DNA of 64,000 nucleotides from Oligoflexales bacterium (GCA_947445775.1 CANFEB010000006.1:579-64578); one strand, 5' to 3'. Numbered from the stretch's first letter, positions 1 to 9,559 are shown. Made by a program: numbers and translations. Notes: generated by a model from the sequence alone, not told the origin.

Positions 1-32
1 CTTTATATGGAACTTTTGGCCAACCCCGAATC

Positions 33-791
33 TTAATCCACGACTGTTAGAATTTCCACGCTGCCATCACTGCGAATGGCAATCGTATGTTCGAACTGCG
101 CCGACCATTTCCGGTCAATCGTAACCGCTGTCCAACCATCGCTCAGGATTTTAGTCTTCCAATGCCCTTCGTTGATCATGGGCTCAATCGTAAAAGTCAT
201 ACCTGGCTCAAGGCGAGCCCCCTTGCCGCGTAATCCAACGTGCGGAACCTGCGGATCTTCGTGAAATCCCTTACCAATCCCGTGGCCAACGAATTCCCGA
301 ACGACGCTGAACCCTTCCCGCTCGCAGTACTCCATGATGGCTGCGCCGATGTCCCCAATGCGTCCACCGGCCTGAACGGCAGAAATTCCGCGGTACATGG
401 ACTCCTCAGCGCACTTCACCAACTTGAGCGCCAAGGGTTTGTGACCATGGCCAACCAAATAAGTTCTCGACGTGTCGCCGTGGTAGCCATCCAAGATGGT
501 CGTCACATCGACGTTGATGATATCGCCGTCTTTCAGTTTCTGGCGGGCATTGGGAATACCGTGGCAAACAACCTCATTGACTGAGGTGCAGATCGACTTT
601 GGAAAACCCTTGTAATTCAGGGGGGCAGCGATTGCGCCGTGGCTGGCAATAAACTCGTGACAGATGTCGTTCAGCTCAAGGGTGGTAACCCCGGGCTTCA
701 CATGCTGTTCGATCATGACAAGGCATTGGGCTGCTAGGCGGCAGCTGGCCTTCATGGCATCAATTTCTTGGTCGCTTTTTAAAACAATCAC
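33..791 (-). CDS. map: Methionine aminopeptidase, type I
   Basis: 252-aa ORF with MetAP-I signatures (VCHGIP, DIINVDVT..DGYHGDTSRT, FVGHGIG, TIEPM, AQFEHT). Confidence 0.95.
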   Translation of the reverse strand: MIVLKSDQEIDAMKASCRLAAQCLVMIEQHVKPGVTTLELNDICHEFIASHGAIAAPLNYKGFPKSICTSVNEVVCHGIPNARQKLKDGDIINVDVTTILDGYHGDTSRTYLVGHGHKPLALKLVKCAEESMYRGISAVQAGGRIGDIGAAIMEYCEREGFSVVREFVGHGIGKGFHEDPQVPHVGLRGKGARLEPGMTFTIEPMINEGHWKTKILSDGWTAVTIDRKWSAQFEHTIAIRSDGSVEILTVVD

Positions 792-878
792 GGTTGCACC
801 CGACTTCTGGCGGATCTAATTAGATTTCGCTGGTACGAAACGGAGTTTCGCGCCAGCGACTATCTAGCCCAAGTGTCG

Positions 879-2381
879 CTATAGCACAAGGAGCCTGAAC
901 CAGTCGGGATCGGTAAAATCAAGTTTTGCGGGAGCGGTTGCTGAACGGTCAAGGCAAGTGCCCATTTGGAATATCGGGGAAAAAACCTCGGCGTCGTACA
1001 ACTTTTCATGAAAACTCTGAAGTGACGCAAAGTCAGGCGTAGCTGTCGTCAAAGATTGGGCGTAAATCCGCGCCAAACGCTGGTTATCAGGATGGCGGTA
1101 AAAATTGGACTTGGTGAATTGCTGGAATAGGCGGTTCGGATAGTCCGCTTGGAAGACGCTGACGGCCGGCCATTCTGTGGCGAATGACCCGATGATTCCA
1201 TCGATTGGCTTGGGTTCATTTGGTTCGTTGGGCTTATTAGATTCTACCGTTGCTCCGGAAATAAACTCCGTCTGAATGCCGAGCAAGGCAAAGCTGTCGC
1301 CAATAACCTTCTGCAAAAGGTCGCCTCCTTCGGCATCCATGTCCTGAACCAAAAAACGCAGGACCACGGGTTTGGAGGTTTTCCGATCAATTCGCGAAGC
1401 CTCGGCCATGGCACGTTGCCAACCAATTTTTTCCAAAGCCGCAGAAGCCTCCTCCACATTATAAGGGCGAATCCTGAGGGCGTGGTTATAGCCTGGATGC
1501 TGGCGCGGAATAAATGAGGTCACAAGTTCGCCGAGGCCCCGGGCACCAGCACGCAGCAACTCCCCGCGCGGCAGAATCTGCGTCAAGGCCTTGCGCACTT
1601 GTGGGGACGTGGCCAGCACGCCCTCACCAGAGTCGCTCCAAAGGATGCCGACCACAGTCGGAAGCAGTGCCTCGCGGGAACAGGTCTGTTTTGGCTGCAT
1701 GCCCGATGCAAAAGTAAACGCGACCTGCGGCCGCAAATTCTTGTTGGCATTGCGAGGTTCATAAATGCGCAGAGTCTGCCGCTTTTGCGGATACCCAGGA
1801 GCGGGGATAAATTCGGCCTCGCCTAAACCAACGCTGCGGTACCGATATAAACCGGCACACTCGATCGCTTGATTTCCAGTGCGGCGAAAGAATGCCGTGT
1901 TGTTTAAAATATACGGGCCAAACTCAGGTTGGGCGTGCCACGTCACCTTGACCACCAAAGGCTGCCCCTTGTTGGCGCCCTGAATAGGGTCGGAGGACGC
2001 AACATCAAATGTCGGACAAGGAACTTCTTTGCCGAGCGCCGAGGCCACTGTCGGACAGATCTGCTCGCGTAAAAAAGTTTCCAGATCTGAACTTGAAACC
2101 GCCTTGCCGCTCCACCAGTGCAGATCCGATTTCAGCGTCAATTTCCATTGTTTTGGCGATTCTAATTCAACACTGCGCAGTAGCAGCGGTTCTGATTTCT
2201 GTTGTTGCAAGTTGAGTCTGGTCAAGGAAGGACAGGCCAGGCGCCCAAAGGCAGCGTCCTCGGGGGATGGAATAATGCCCTGCTGGCTATCGCCCGGCAT
2301 GCCAAATGGCCAGCCAGAGACCACCAAGACCGCCGCTTTGAGTTTCACTGAAAATTTTGGCATGGATCTCGCCACTTGCAC
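879..2381 (-). CDS. Exported solute-binding-protein family 5 (Opp/Dpp-like) homologue, stand-alone
   Basis: 500-aa ORF. It has an N-terminal hydrophobic segment (alternative start M7 at 2363), a W..SGK..SS.D motif, GPY and HPGYN segments, and a length typical of SBP_bac_5. No permease or ATPase genes are adjacent. The family call comes from motif recollection only. Confidence 0.45.
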   Translation of the reverse strand: MQVARSMPKFSVKLKAAVLVVSGWPFGMPGDSQQGIIPSPEDAAFGRLACPSLTRLNLQQQKSEPLLLRSVELESPKQWKLTLKSDLHWWSGKAVSSSDLETFLREQICPTVASALGKEVPCPTFDVASSDPIQGANKGQPLVVKVTWHAQPEFGPYILNNTAFFRRTGNQAIECAGLYRYRSVGLGEAEFIPAPGYPQKRQTLRIYEPRNANKNLRPQVAFTFASGMQPKQTCSREALLPTVVGILWSDSGEGVLATSPQVRKALTQILPRGELLRAGARGLGELVTSFIPRQHPGYNHALRIRPYNVEEASAALEKIGWQRAMAEASRIDRKTSKPVVLRFLVQDMDAEGGDLLQKVIGDSFALLGIQTEFISGATVESNKPNEPNEPKPIDGIIGSFATEWPAVSVFQADYPNRLFQQFTKSNFYRHPDNQRLARIYAQSLTTATPDFASLQSFHEKLYDAEVFSPIFQMGTCLDRSATAPAKLDFTDPDWFRLLVL

Positions 2382-2429
2382 TTGCTCCGAAGGATGGCAA
2401 TATTAAGTCAGATTGAACGGGGAGTGGCA

Positions 2430-3695
2430 ATGTCAAATCAGATTCCCGTCGTAGTTGCCGGTGGCGGGATAACCGGCCTGTCCGCAGCCCTTCATCTGGC
2501 TGAAATGGGGGCGCCGGAAATCCTAGTGGTTTCTGGATCAACTACGCCATCCAGCGCAACCGCACCGGGCATGATCAGCGGGGGCCAGCGCGACAACTTC
2601 ACCCGGGTTGCCGCCGCGCACCAAACTGATTTCGCCAGGGTGCTGTGGCAATTTGGTGACCAGGCATTCGACCTGACTCGCTCTTGGGCCGCCCATCACG
2701 GCGTTCCCTTTGCTACCGGCAGGCGGCTGCGCCTTATTGCCGCTCCAGAGGAACTCCAGGAAGCCACCATCGCCGTCGCCGCCATGAATGGCGTCGGAAT
2801 TCCCGCCAAACTGATGTCCGGACTGGAGCTTACCTCATCCCCGTGGGGCGCCTCCCTTGGAGCCAGAATTTTAGCCGTTCAAGACGACGGCGAACGCGGC
2901 GGATGGATCGATGCCCAAGCGTTTCATAGACGATTGCTGGAAGCCGTTCAGGCCCATTCGGCCATCACGTTGCTTGAGGGCACGGTCGAAAGCATCTCCG
3001 GATACACCGCCTCAAATTTGACCGTAAAAATCCGTGCCAAAACATCCCCCGGCAAGCATTCTAGTGGTGCGCGCAGCGTCAGGGACGTTAAACTTCAAAC
3101 GACGAAATCGGCTGCCGTGATTGCAGCCTGTCACCTGGCCATTGGTGACTTGATTCCTGCCCTGAAACCCGCTCTAGTGTCCTCCGCAGATCAGTGGTTA
3201 ACCACCCGTGGGCCTCTCGACCCTAGGCATTCAGATTGTCGATGGAATACCCCAGGCGTTGCCTGGTCGGCCTTTCACAATCACGAATGGGGCGCCACCC
3301 AACCAGGAGGCAAATTACTCCTTGGTGGTGGGCGCATTTTGCGAAAGTGGGCTGGCTTTGAAGCCACGGAAGCCAAGGTCGAACCGAAGATTTCGCAATA
3401 CATCACGGCCCAAGCCCAAAAATTATTTTCACAATGGCAAGGCGGCCCTGGCAATCATGCTCCCATCTCCGAAGACGCCGGCCTTGACTGCCATCCCTGC
3501 GATGAACTTCCCATCGTTGGGCCGATGTTTGGTGAAGGGCGCATTCTGGTTGCCACGGGGTTTATGGGGCAAGGGCTGACCCTCGGATTTTATTCCGGCC
3601 ACTGCCTAGCAAAACTCCTGATGACAGGGCGCTGCGACGAATTACCCCGTCGCCTTTGGCCCGAGCGCTTGCGGTCACTCCCCGATCAGGAGTAA
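2430..3695 (+). CDS. FAD-dependent oxidoreductase (DAO / glycine-D-amino-acid oxidase-like family)
   Basis: Rossmann dinucleotide motif VVVAGGGITGLSAALHLAE sits at the N-terminus. I prefer the ATG at 2430, preceded by GGAG at 2421-2424, over the track start at 2376. Confidence 0.8.
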   Translation: MSNQIPVVVAGGGITGLSAALHLAEMGAPEILVVSGSTTPSSATAPGMISGGQRDNFTRVAAAHQTDFARVLWQFGDQAFDLTRSWAAHHGVPFATGRRLRLIAAPEELQEATIAVAAMNGVGIPAKLMSGLELTSSPWGASLGARILAVQDDGERGGWIDAQAFHRRLLEAVQAHSAITLLEGTVESISGYTASNLTVKIRAKTSPGKHSSGARSVRDVKLQTTKSAAVIAACHLAIGDLIPALKPALVSSADQWLTTRGPLDPRHSDCRWNTPGVAWSAFHNHEWGATQPGGKLLLGGGRILRKWAGFEATEAKVEPKISQYITAQAQKLFSQWQGGPGNHAPISEDAGLDCHPCDELPIVGPMFGEGRILVATGFMGQGLTLGFYSGHCLAKLLMTGRCDELPRRLWPERLRSLPDQE

Positions 3696-3705
3696 ACACA
3701 CTTCC

Positions 3706-3951
3706 ATGTCTGAAAAACAAAAATCCAAAACTCGGAATTGGAAGTGCACCCAGTGCAAGGCTGCATGCCTTTTTGACGAGTCAAATCCATTTCGGCCGTT
3801 TTGCAGCGAGCGTTGTCGCAACTTCGATAAAGCCAATTGGGCGACCGACAATTACAAAATCCCAGGACCGTCTGTCGATCCCGAACAAGAGTTGGGCGAG
3901 CCTTCTGAGGCTAACGCATCTGGGCAAGGCGATTCAGAACCCGATTCTTAA
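3706..3951 (+). CDS. yacG: DNA gyrase inhibitor YacG (zinc finger)
   Basis: CTQC...PFCSERCRNFDKANW matches the YacG CxxC..PFCSxRCxxxDLxxW zinc-finger signature. It lies 10 nt downstream of the oxidoreductase gene. Confidence 0.85.
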   Translation: MSEKQKSKTRNWKCTQCKAACLFDESNPFRPFCSERCRNFDKANWATDNYKIPGPSVDPEQELGEPSEANASGQGDSEPDS

Positions 3952-4216
3952 GGCCGGCCATGGACCTTGGAGCGGGAATTTTTTCGAGGTAGGGCGGCGC
4001 CAATTCTGACAGGACAACCAGCAGGTCATCCAAACTGGCTGCGGCAGCGATCCATACCTCCAGAACTTCATGGTCGGAATAGCACAGCATTGTGCCCTTA
4101 CCCCTAAGCTCCAGCAGGTACTGACTGACTAATTCTTGTGGCCTCGCGTTGCCGAGATCCATGAAACTCATGGCTTGATCCTGATTTATGAAGTGATTCT
4201 CGTGTACCGCGATCAC
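3911..4216 (-). CDS. Hypothetical protein (101 aa)
   Basis: Its GTG start overlaps the stop of the upstream gene (GTGA at 4216-4213), suggesting translational coupling. I recognise no motif. Its 3' end overlaps yacG convergently by 41 nt. Confidence 0.4.
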   Translation of the reverse strand: MIAVHENHFINQDQAMSFMDLGNARPQELVSQYLLELRGKGTMLCYSDHEVLEVWIAAAASLDDLLVVLSELAPPYLEKIPAPRSMAGLKNRVLNRLAQMR

Positions 4217-4719
4217 CCGCCGGCGCGCAAGGCATTGACTTCGTGTTCCAGCATATTGACTCGATCTTGTAACCGGTCCAGGGTTTGTGAATAACGCCTG
4301 AGTTCATGCAAGTGGTCGTGAATGCGCAGCAAATTCGCTACGCGAACAGGCAACGAATCCAGATGTTCAGGGCGCACCACGTCAAAATACCAGTTGGACT
4401 TCACGGCGTGTTCCATCAAAAGTCTGGCCTCGTTAGCCGGAAGGTCCGCCACGATCAAAGATGGCACCCAAATATCAGCCTGGGTAACCAAACGGGCCTG
4501 AAAGGCTTTCAGCCATTGCTGGAAATCACCAATAGATACCCCTTGGGCCTCCACAATCAAGAGGTCGCAGGGCAAAAAGGTAGGATCATCGAGCCCTTTG
4601 ACCTCGACCAATTCGATGTCCACCATGGCTTTCAGCTCTATTTCGAGCTTTAGCTTAGGCAGGTTGACGAACTTCGGATCAAGATTAAGGATGCAGGCTC
4701 TCGACCTTCTTGTGCGCAT
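4213..4719 (-). CDS. Atypical receiver-like (pseudo-receiver) protein with C-terminal coiled coil
   Basis: The layout is CheY-like, but the phospho-acceptor position reads LLIVEAQG (Glu, not Asp) and the conserved Lys position reads FDVVRP (Arg). The C-terminus (LHELRRYSQTLDRLQDRVNMLEHEVNALR) has heptad character. Confidence 0.5.
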   Translation of the reverse strand: MRTRRSRACILNLDPKFVNLPKLKLEIELKAMVDIELVEVKGLDDPTFLPCDLLIVEAQGVSIGDFQQWLKAFQARLVTQADIWVPSLIVADLPANEARLLMEHAVKSNWYFDVVRPEHLDSLPVRVANLLRIHDHLHELRRYSQTLDRLQDRVNMLEHEVNALRAGG

Positions 4720-4786
4720 GGTCTTCCTTCTTGGGTAGGGCAGGTTTATTCTATCTTATAACCAGACCAACCCGTGGAAAATTCCC

Positions 4787-5941
4787 ATGACACCCATAAA
4801 CTCCATACCTCCAACAAACTTCACGCCCGCCACAAACTCCACTAATGGCACCAAGGCGGACCGCAATTTTCATATCCGCGCCTCCGCCCCAACGCGGATC
4901 GACCTTGCCGGGGGCACTATCGACCTTTGGCCGATCCATCAGCTCCTTGACGAAAAAGCGACGGTCAACTGCGCAGTCACTTTACCGGCCCAGGTTGATA
5001 TCCAGCCTTCCCAAGACGGCCGATTCACCCTGCACAGTGTCGACCAAGGCATCAAAGTCACTGGAACCTTTGACGAATGCACGGTGACGGAAAAGCTGCC
5101 ATTGCTCGGCCTCTTTCTGAAAGCCTGGTGGTCCAGGGAACTACCGGCGCTGCAAATCCGCACCGAAGCAAAATCTCCGGCCGGAGCAGGCCTCGGGGGG
5201 TCATCGTGCTTGGCCGTGGCCTTGGGCGGGGCCTTGCTGAGGGCTCAAGCCCTGGTGAGTGGACGCGCCGTCGAAGACAATGCCTTGGGAGATGCCGACC
5301 TCGATGAATACCGACTCGTGCAAACGGCCTCCGACCTGGAGGCCAAGTTGATTCACGCTCCAACCGGAATTCAGGACTACTGGGGGGCCGTGCGCGGAGG
5401 CTTGAATATCATCGAATTCCCGGCTGGCGGCGTCACCATTGAAACCCACGACCCCGCAGATTCCAGCCTAGCGGCCCAAGTCACCCGTAAATTGGAAGAA
5501 GAACTGATTCTTTGTTTTTCGGGAAAAAGTCGTCAATCCGCCATCAACAACTGGGAAATATTCAAACGCGTTTTTGACGGCGACAAAACCCTTCTCAAAA
5601 AATTATCCGAAATTGGGGCTCTGGCACGCCAGTGCGCCGATGCCGTCCGCGCCGGCGATTACCAGGCTATGGTCCATGCATCGGTGCACGAATGGGCCAT
5701 TCGTTGTCAATTATGGCCCAATATCCATACGCCAGAAACTAGGGACCAAGGCGACGCTGCCCTGGCCGCCGGGGCAAGGCTGGCGCGGGTGTGCGGAGCC
5801 GGCGGCGGCGGGGTCATGGCGGTTTTAGCGCCACCTCAGATCCACACCAAGGTCCGCGCCGCACTGGAAAGTGCGGGTGGGACTATTTTGGCCGCCGGGG
5901 TGGCCCATAGGGGTTTATATATCGAATTAATTCGTAAATAA
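4787..5941 (+). CDS. GHMP-family sugar kinase (HddA/fucokinase-like)
   Basis: APTRIDLAGGTIDLWP and the GHMP motif II SPAGAGLGGSSCLAVAL are present, with a C-terminal CGAGGGGV motif. Confidence 0.8.
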   Translation: MTPINSIPPTNFTPATNSTNGTKADRNFHIRASAPTRIDLAGGTIDLWPIHQLLDEKATVNCAVTLPAQVDIQPSQDGRFTLHSVDQGIKVTGTFDECTVTEKLPLLGLFLKAWWSRELPALQIRTEAKSPAGAGLGGSSCLAVALGGALLRAQALVSGRAVEDNALGDADLDEYRLVQTASDLEAKLIHAPTGIQDYWGAVRGGLNIIEFPAGGVTIETHDPADSSLAAQVTRKLEEELILCFSGKSRQSAINNWEIFKRVFDGDKTLLKKLSEIGALARQCADAVRAGDYQAMVHASVHEWAIRCQLWPNIHTPETRDQGDAALAAGARLARVCGAGGGGVMAVLAPPQIHTKVRAALESAGGTILAAGVAHRGLYIELIRK

Positions 5942-6013
5942 ATTCAGATAGTTATCTATTTTTGCTCAACCTTCTAAGGTGGCCGCCGAACGAGACCTTA
6001 TAAGGAGCACAAC

Positions 6014-6541
6014 ATGCCCAATCAAAACCAGTCCACAGCAACCGGATCGAAGAGCCAACGGAAGATCAAAAATTTTCTGCTGATGCCTGTCATCCAATTA
6101 CGAATAGCCACGTGGTCCGCTTTTTCGGCCGCGCTGTTCAGCCTTGGGATTGCGCTGGTGTTTTATTACACCCTGCGACACTTCTCAGAGTCATTTGCTG
6201 ATATTGGATCCATGGACGATGAAACCATCAATCGTGCCTATCAAATGTTCGAAGGGGTTCGCCTGTCGGCCTTGGGCATCCTTTTGGCGCAAGTCGCTGT
6301 CTCAGTTGGCGTGGCCATTGTGACCACGCACCGACTGGTTGGACCGACTGTGGCATTTCGTCGGCAAGTCCGCGCAATGATTAATGGGCAATATGATCAA
6401 AAAGTGACGCTTCGAGATGGTGATGCCTTCACTGAACTGGCCAGTGACCTCAATGAACTTTCAGACCAACTCAAACGGGGACCCAAGGGTGAGGGCCGTT
6501 CCAGCACTAGCGAAAACCGCTCGCGCGTCATCAATGAATAG
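6014..6541 (+). CDS. Membrane protein with HAMP domain only
   Basis: Two hydrophobic segments are followed by a HAMP-like region (HRLVGPTVAFRRQVRAMINGQYDQKV..DAFTELASDLNELSDQL). There is no output domain. AAGGAG lies upstream of the ATG. Confidence 0.65.
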   Translation: MPNQNQSTATGSKSQRKIKNFLLMPVIQLRIATWSAFSAALFSLGIALVFYYTLRHFSESFADIGSMDDETINRAYQMFEGVRLSALGILLAQVAVSVGVAIVTTHRLVGPTVAFRRQVRAMINGQYDQKVTLRDGDAFTELASDLNELSDQLKRGPKGEGRSSTSENRSRVINE

Positions 6542-6554
6542 ATGAAAAAGCCGC

Positions 6555-7475
6555 TCAATGAATTGATCGCTGAAGTGCCGCCTTCAAAACTTTTTGTCGG
6601 CTGACCAGAGTGGTGTAGGGGAGGCCAAGAAATTTTGCGGCTGCCGCAGAATTTCCACCACCCGAGGCCACGGCCCCTTCAATGAGAAGCAGTTCCAATG
6701 CTTGGCGCACGCGGGCAAAACCCCTGAAAGCTGCCAAATGCAGTAGATCCCGGGCCGTGAGCGAAAAACTCCAACCAGAATGATCCAGCCGACAAAGGTC
6801 GACAAGGTTGCGCTCCTTGCGCTGCAACACTCGAATGATTGCGGTGCCATCAATTACTTGTACATCACCCTCAAAAGCGATTTGTCCAGCCAAGCCCAAG
6901 GTGATGCGCATATGCGCAAGATCGCCCGGCCAGAAAAAATCGCGGATCAATTCCAAGGCATCTTTCGAAAAAACAGTTCCGGGGGGCAAAAGGGTTGCGC
7001 CCAAGTATATTGCTGCCGCAAGGGCATCATCCGGGCGGGAGGCAAGGGGCGGAATTTTGAGCAAGGCAACTTCTGATCCTAGGGGCAGATCCAGCGCCTC
7101 GCGTGAATGGGAGAACAGTATAAATAAAGAATCTGGGGCACGCGGCTTGGTAAGAACAGCCGAGTCGAATTGACCCAAGACGACCTGATTTGCCGTCTCG
7201 GAACCGGAACATTGCGCCGAAAGGCCCACCAGAGGACGTCTTATGGCGCGACACGCGACGAGTGCCAAATGACGAGCCACCTCTACAGCCCCACCACCAG
7301 GGATGGACTGGACCAATAGGATACGGCCCTCATTGGGGGGGGTTTCGCAAATCCGCTGGAAAGCCTTGGCTGCGGTCCGCAAAGTTTGATCGGATGAGTT
7401 GAATAGCGTGGCTATCTCAACGCCAGGAGAAACCTGCGCAGATACTGGAAACGTAACAAAACTCATGAGTCGCAT
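6555..7475 (-). CDS. Degenerate sigma-54 enhancer-binding-protein homologue with Fis-type HTH (ATPase motifs lost)
   Basis: It aligns by eye to the bEBP AAA+ core, but Walker A is SIPGGGAVE, Walker B is LFILFSH and there is no GAFTGA. It retains LKIPPLASRPDD (compare iPPLReR.eDI), WPGDLAHM (compare WPGNVREL) and a C-terminal HTH (AAAKFLGLPYTTLVSRQKVL). Confidence 0.6.
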   Translation of the reverse strand: MRLMSFVTFPVSAQVSPGVEIATLFNSSDQTLRTAAKAFQRICETPPNEGRILLVQSIPGGGAVEVARHLALVACRAIRRPLVGLSAQCSGSETANQVVLGQFDSAVLTKPRAPDSLFILFSHSREALDLPLGSEVALLKIPPLASRPDDALAAAIYLGATLLPPGTVFSKDALELIRDFFWPGDLAHMRITLGLAGQIAFEGDVQVIDGTAIIRVLQRKERNLVDLCRLDHSGWSFSLTARDLLHLAAFRGFARVRQALELLLIEGAVASGGGNSAAAAKFLGLPYTTLVSRQKVLKAALQRSIH

Positions 7476-7628
7476 GCCTTATAAGCATGCCGGGGAACCG
7501 CCAGCCAAAGAAACTACAAAATTTATGCGTCCAAGGTCAAGCTGATTGACAAAGGAGTGCCTTCGAGCCACGATTCTGATTCTGGTCAATTATTAATTGC
7601 GACACTGTATTTTTCGGGAGTCTACACC

Positions 7629-7955
7629 ATGGGACAGCACACCATCGAAATCAATGACGACAACTTTGAATCCTCTGTAACCAAGTCCACACAGCCTGTG
7701 CTTGTAGACTTTTGGGCACCTTGGTGTGGTCCCTGCGTGGCCATTGGCCCGGTTCTCGACGCCATTGCCGAGGAGTACAAGGGCAAGGTCATTATCGCCA
7801 AAATGAATGTCGATGAAAATGCCCACATACCAGCACAGTTTGGGGTGCGCTCCATTCCGTTCATGGCGCTGTTCAAAGACGGGCAGATGGTGGATTCGAT
7901 TGTTGGTGCAGTGCCAAAAGGCAAACTCATCGACATGATCAAAAAAGTCCTTTGA
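7629..7955 (+). CDS. trxA: Thioredoxin
   Basis: WAPWCGPC active site in a 108-aa protein. GGGAG lies 9 nt upstream of the ATG at 7629, so the track start at 7557 is an over-extension. Confidence 0.95.
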   Translation: MGQHTIEINDDNFESSVTKSTQPVLVDFWAPWCGPCVAIGPVLDAIAEEYKGKVIIAKMNVDENAHIPAQFGVRSIPFMALFKDGQMVDSIVGAVPKGKLIDMIKKVL

Positions 7956-7988
7956 TCCCACGCCCTTTTTAAAGCTACTGGATTAAGA

Positions 7989-8654
7989 ATGGAACGTGGC
8001 GACCCCGAGCGGGCCGTATTGGCCCGCGGACAATACCCTGTTGGAATTGACGAGGTCGGACGCGGTTGCATTGCTGGTCCAGTGGTCACAGCTGCGGTCA
8101 TTTTAGATTATGACCGGCTTTTTTCCCTGCCCGACAAATCTTTGCAACTCATCCGCGATTCGAAAACGCTCAGTCCGCGTCAACGTGGACTGGTCGTGCC
8201 AGTGATTCATGGCATAGCCAGGAGTTGGGCTATTGCCAGTGGCAGTGTTTTGGAAATTGAAAAATTGGGGATTCTTGGGGCAACGTTTGTTGCCATGCGC
8301 CGGTCTCTGAATCGCCTCGAAGCCAAATTTGATCTCGTGATGGTGGACGGCAACCAAACAATTCCGGAACCTGTCATTGCGGGCCGAAAAACCCCGCAGC
8401 AAGCGGTCGTCAAGGGCGATCACTGGTGTTACGCGATTGCAGCAGCATCGATTCTAGCAAAAGAGTCGCGAGACAAGTTCATGCGTGAGTTGGGCGGAAG
8501 CCTGCCTGTCTACGGTTTTGAAAATCATGTGGGATATGGCACAAAACAACACATCGACAACCTCAAAACCCACGGCGTCACTGAATGGCATCGGCGCGGA
8601 TTTGAACCGGTTAAATCGCTCTGCGCAGCGCAAACTTCTGGCCGCCCAAGCTGA
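7989..8654 (+). CDS. rnhB: Ribonuclease HII
   Basis: GIDEVGRGCIAGPVV catalytic motif and overall RNase HII layout. Confidence 0.93.
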   Translation: MERGDPERAVLARGQYPVGIDEVGRGCIAGPVVTAAVILDYDRLFSLPDKSLQLIRDSKTLSPRQRGLVVPVIHGIARSWAIASGSVLEIEKLGILGATFVAMRRSLNRLEAKFDLVMVDGNQTIPEPVIAGRKTPQQAVVKGDHWCYAIAAASILAKESRDKFMRELGGSLPVYGFENHVGYGTKQHIDNLKTHGVTEWHRRGFEPVKSLCAAQTSGRPS

Positions 8655-9063
8655 AGAACACGTCGCCGCCCTCATGATCCATCAGGGCTGGCGCATCATC
8701 GCACGCAACTACCGCTGGATCGGAACTGAGATCGATATTCTCGCCACCAAGGGGTCTTCCCTGGTTGCCGTAGAAGTTAAATTCCGGAGTATTTTTTCCA
8801 ACGACATGACCTCGGTGGAAGAACTTCTGCCCCATCACAAAATAAGAGCCTTGAAAAAAGGACTTGGGGCAGCCATGCGGCACCTCAGAGTCGATGCGCC
8901 AAAAATCAGAATTGATTTGGCGATCGTGACACCGCGGAATTTAGCGGATAAAAAAAACCCCCCCGGAAAATCTCCGGGGGGTCATTCATTACAAGGTCAT
9001 CGAAAGCTGTCTCAGCACTCGACCGAACTCCAGGTCACCTGGTATCCGGCGGTGGGCACCTGA
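8536..9063 (+). CDS. yraN: YraN-family (UPF0102) endonuclease-like protein
   Basis: AEEHVAALMIHQGWRIIARNYRWIGTEIDILATKGSSLVAVEVKFR is the UPF0102 core. The start is uncertain (ATG 8536 or TTG 8602; both overlap the rnhB 3' end). A roughly 45-aa C-terminal tail runs through the rplS terminator. Confidence 0.7.
   Translation: MAQNNTSTTSKPTASLNGIGADLNRLNRSAQRKLLAAQAEEHVAALMIHQGWRIIARNYRWIGTEIDILATKGSSLVAVEVKFRSIFSNDMTSVEELLPHHKIRALKKGLGAAMRHLRVDAPKIRIDLAIVTPRNLADKKNPPGKSPGGHSLQGHRKLSQHSTELQVTWYPAVGT
8950..8981 (-). terminator. Rho-independent terminator downstream of rplS
   Basis: On the minus strand: CCCCCCGG-agatttt-CCGGGGGG followed by T8. Confidence 0.7.
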
Positions 9064-9073
9064 GATGGTGCGT

Positions 9074-9487
9074 TTAGTCTGCCTGAACCGTAGTTGCGGC
9101 AACGGCTTCGAGCTTCTTCGAAACATACTTGGTGCGAATGCGGGCAGCCTTGCCTGCGAGTTCGCGCAGGTAGTAAAGGCGTGCGCGGCGAACGATACCA
9201 TGAGCCACAACATCAACTTTGTCGACATAAGGGCTATAGGTCGGGAAAACACGTTCAACACCAATGCCGCCGGCGCTGATTTTGCGAACCGTAAAGGATC
9301 CGTCGGCCGTACCGTTACGGAAACGAATCACGACACCCTCGAAAAGCTGAATGCGGAACTTGGTCTTGTCCGCGCCTTCTTGGATTTTGTAGTGCACGCG
9401 AACCGTGTCGCCAGCGCGGAAGGCGGCCAATTTCTTGACACCGCTCCAAACGCGTTTTTCGAATTGTGTGATCAGATTGTTTTTCAT
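9074..9487 (-). CDS. rplS: 50S ribosomal protein L19
   Basis: [48 protein letters not shown] is canonical L19. Confidence 0.97.
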   Translation of the reverse strand: MKNNLITQFEKRVWSGVKKLAAFRAGDTVRVHYKIQEGADKTKFRIQLFEGVVIRFRNGTADGSFTVRKISAGGIGVERVFPTYSPYVDKVDVVAHGIVRRARLYYLRELAGKAARIRTKYVSKKLEAVAATTVQAD

Positions 9488-9559
9488 GGCGTCAGAAAAC
9501 CTATATGAACGTTCTTTAACATTGGAACCAAGCCTAATAACTCAATATGCTGGAGACCG

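Noticed and set aside
3911-3951. The 41-nt convergent overlap between yacG and the 101-aa ORF as an antisense regulatory device.
   Set aside because: Short convergent 3' overlaps are common in compact genomes, and the 101-aa ORF's reality is itself uncertain. It is mentioned under the pseudo-receiver finding rather than as a separate claim.
8930-9063. C-terminal ~45-aa tail of the YraN ORF as a novel fused domain.
   Set aside because: The tail is translated through the rplS terminator hairpin and A-run (giving KKNPPGKSPGG) and is low-complexity. It most likely reflects a late stop rather than a functional domain. It is kept within the CDS call only because no earlier stop exists.
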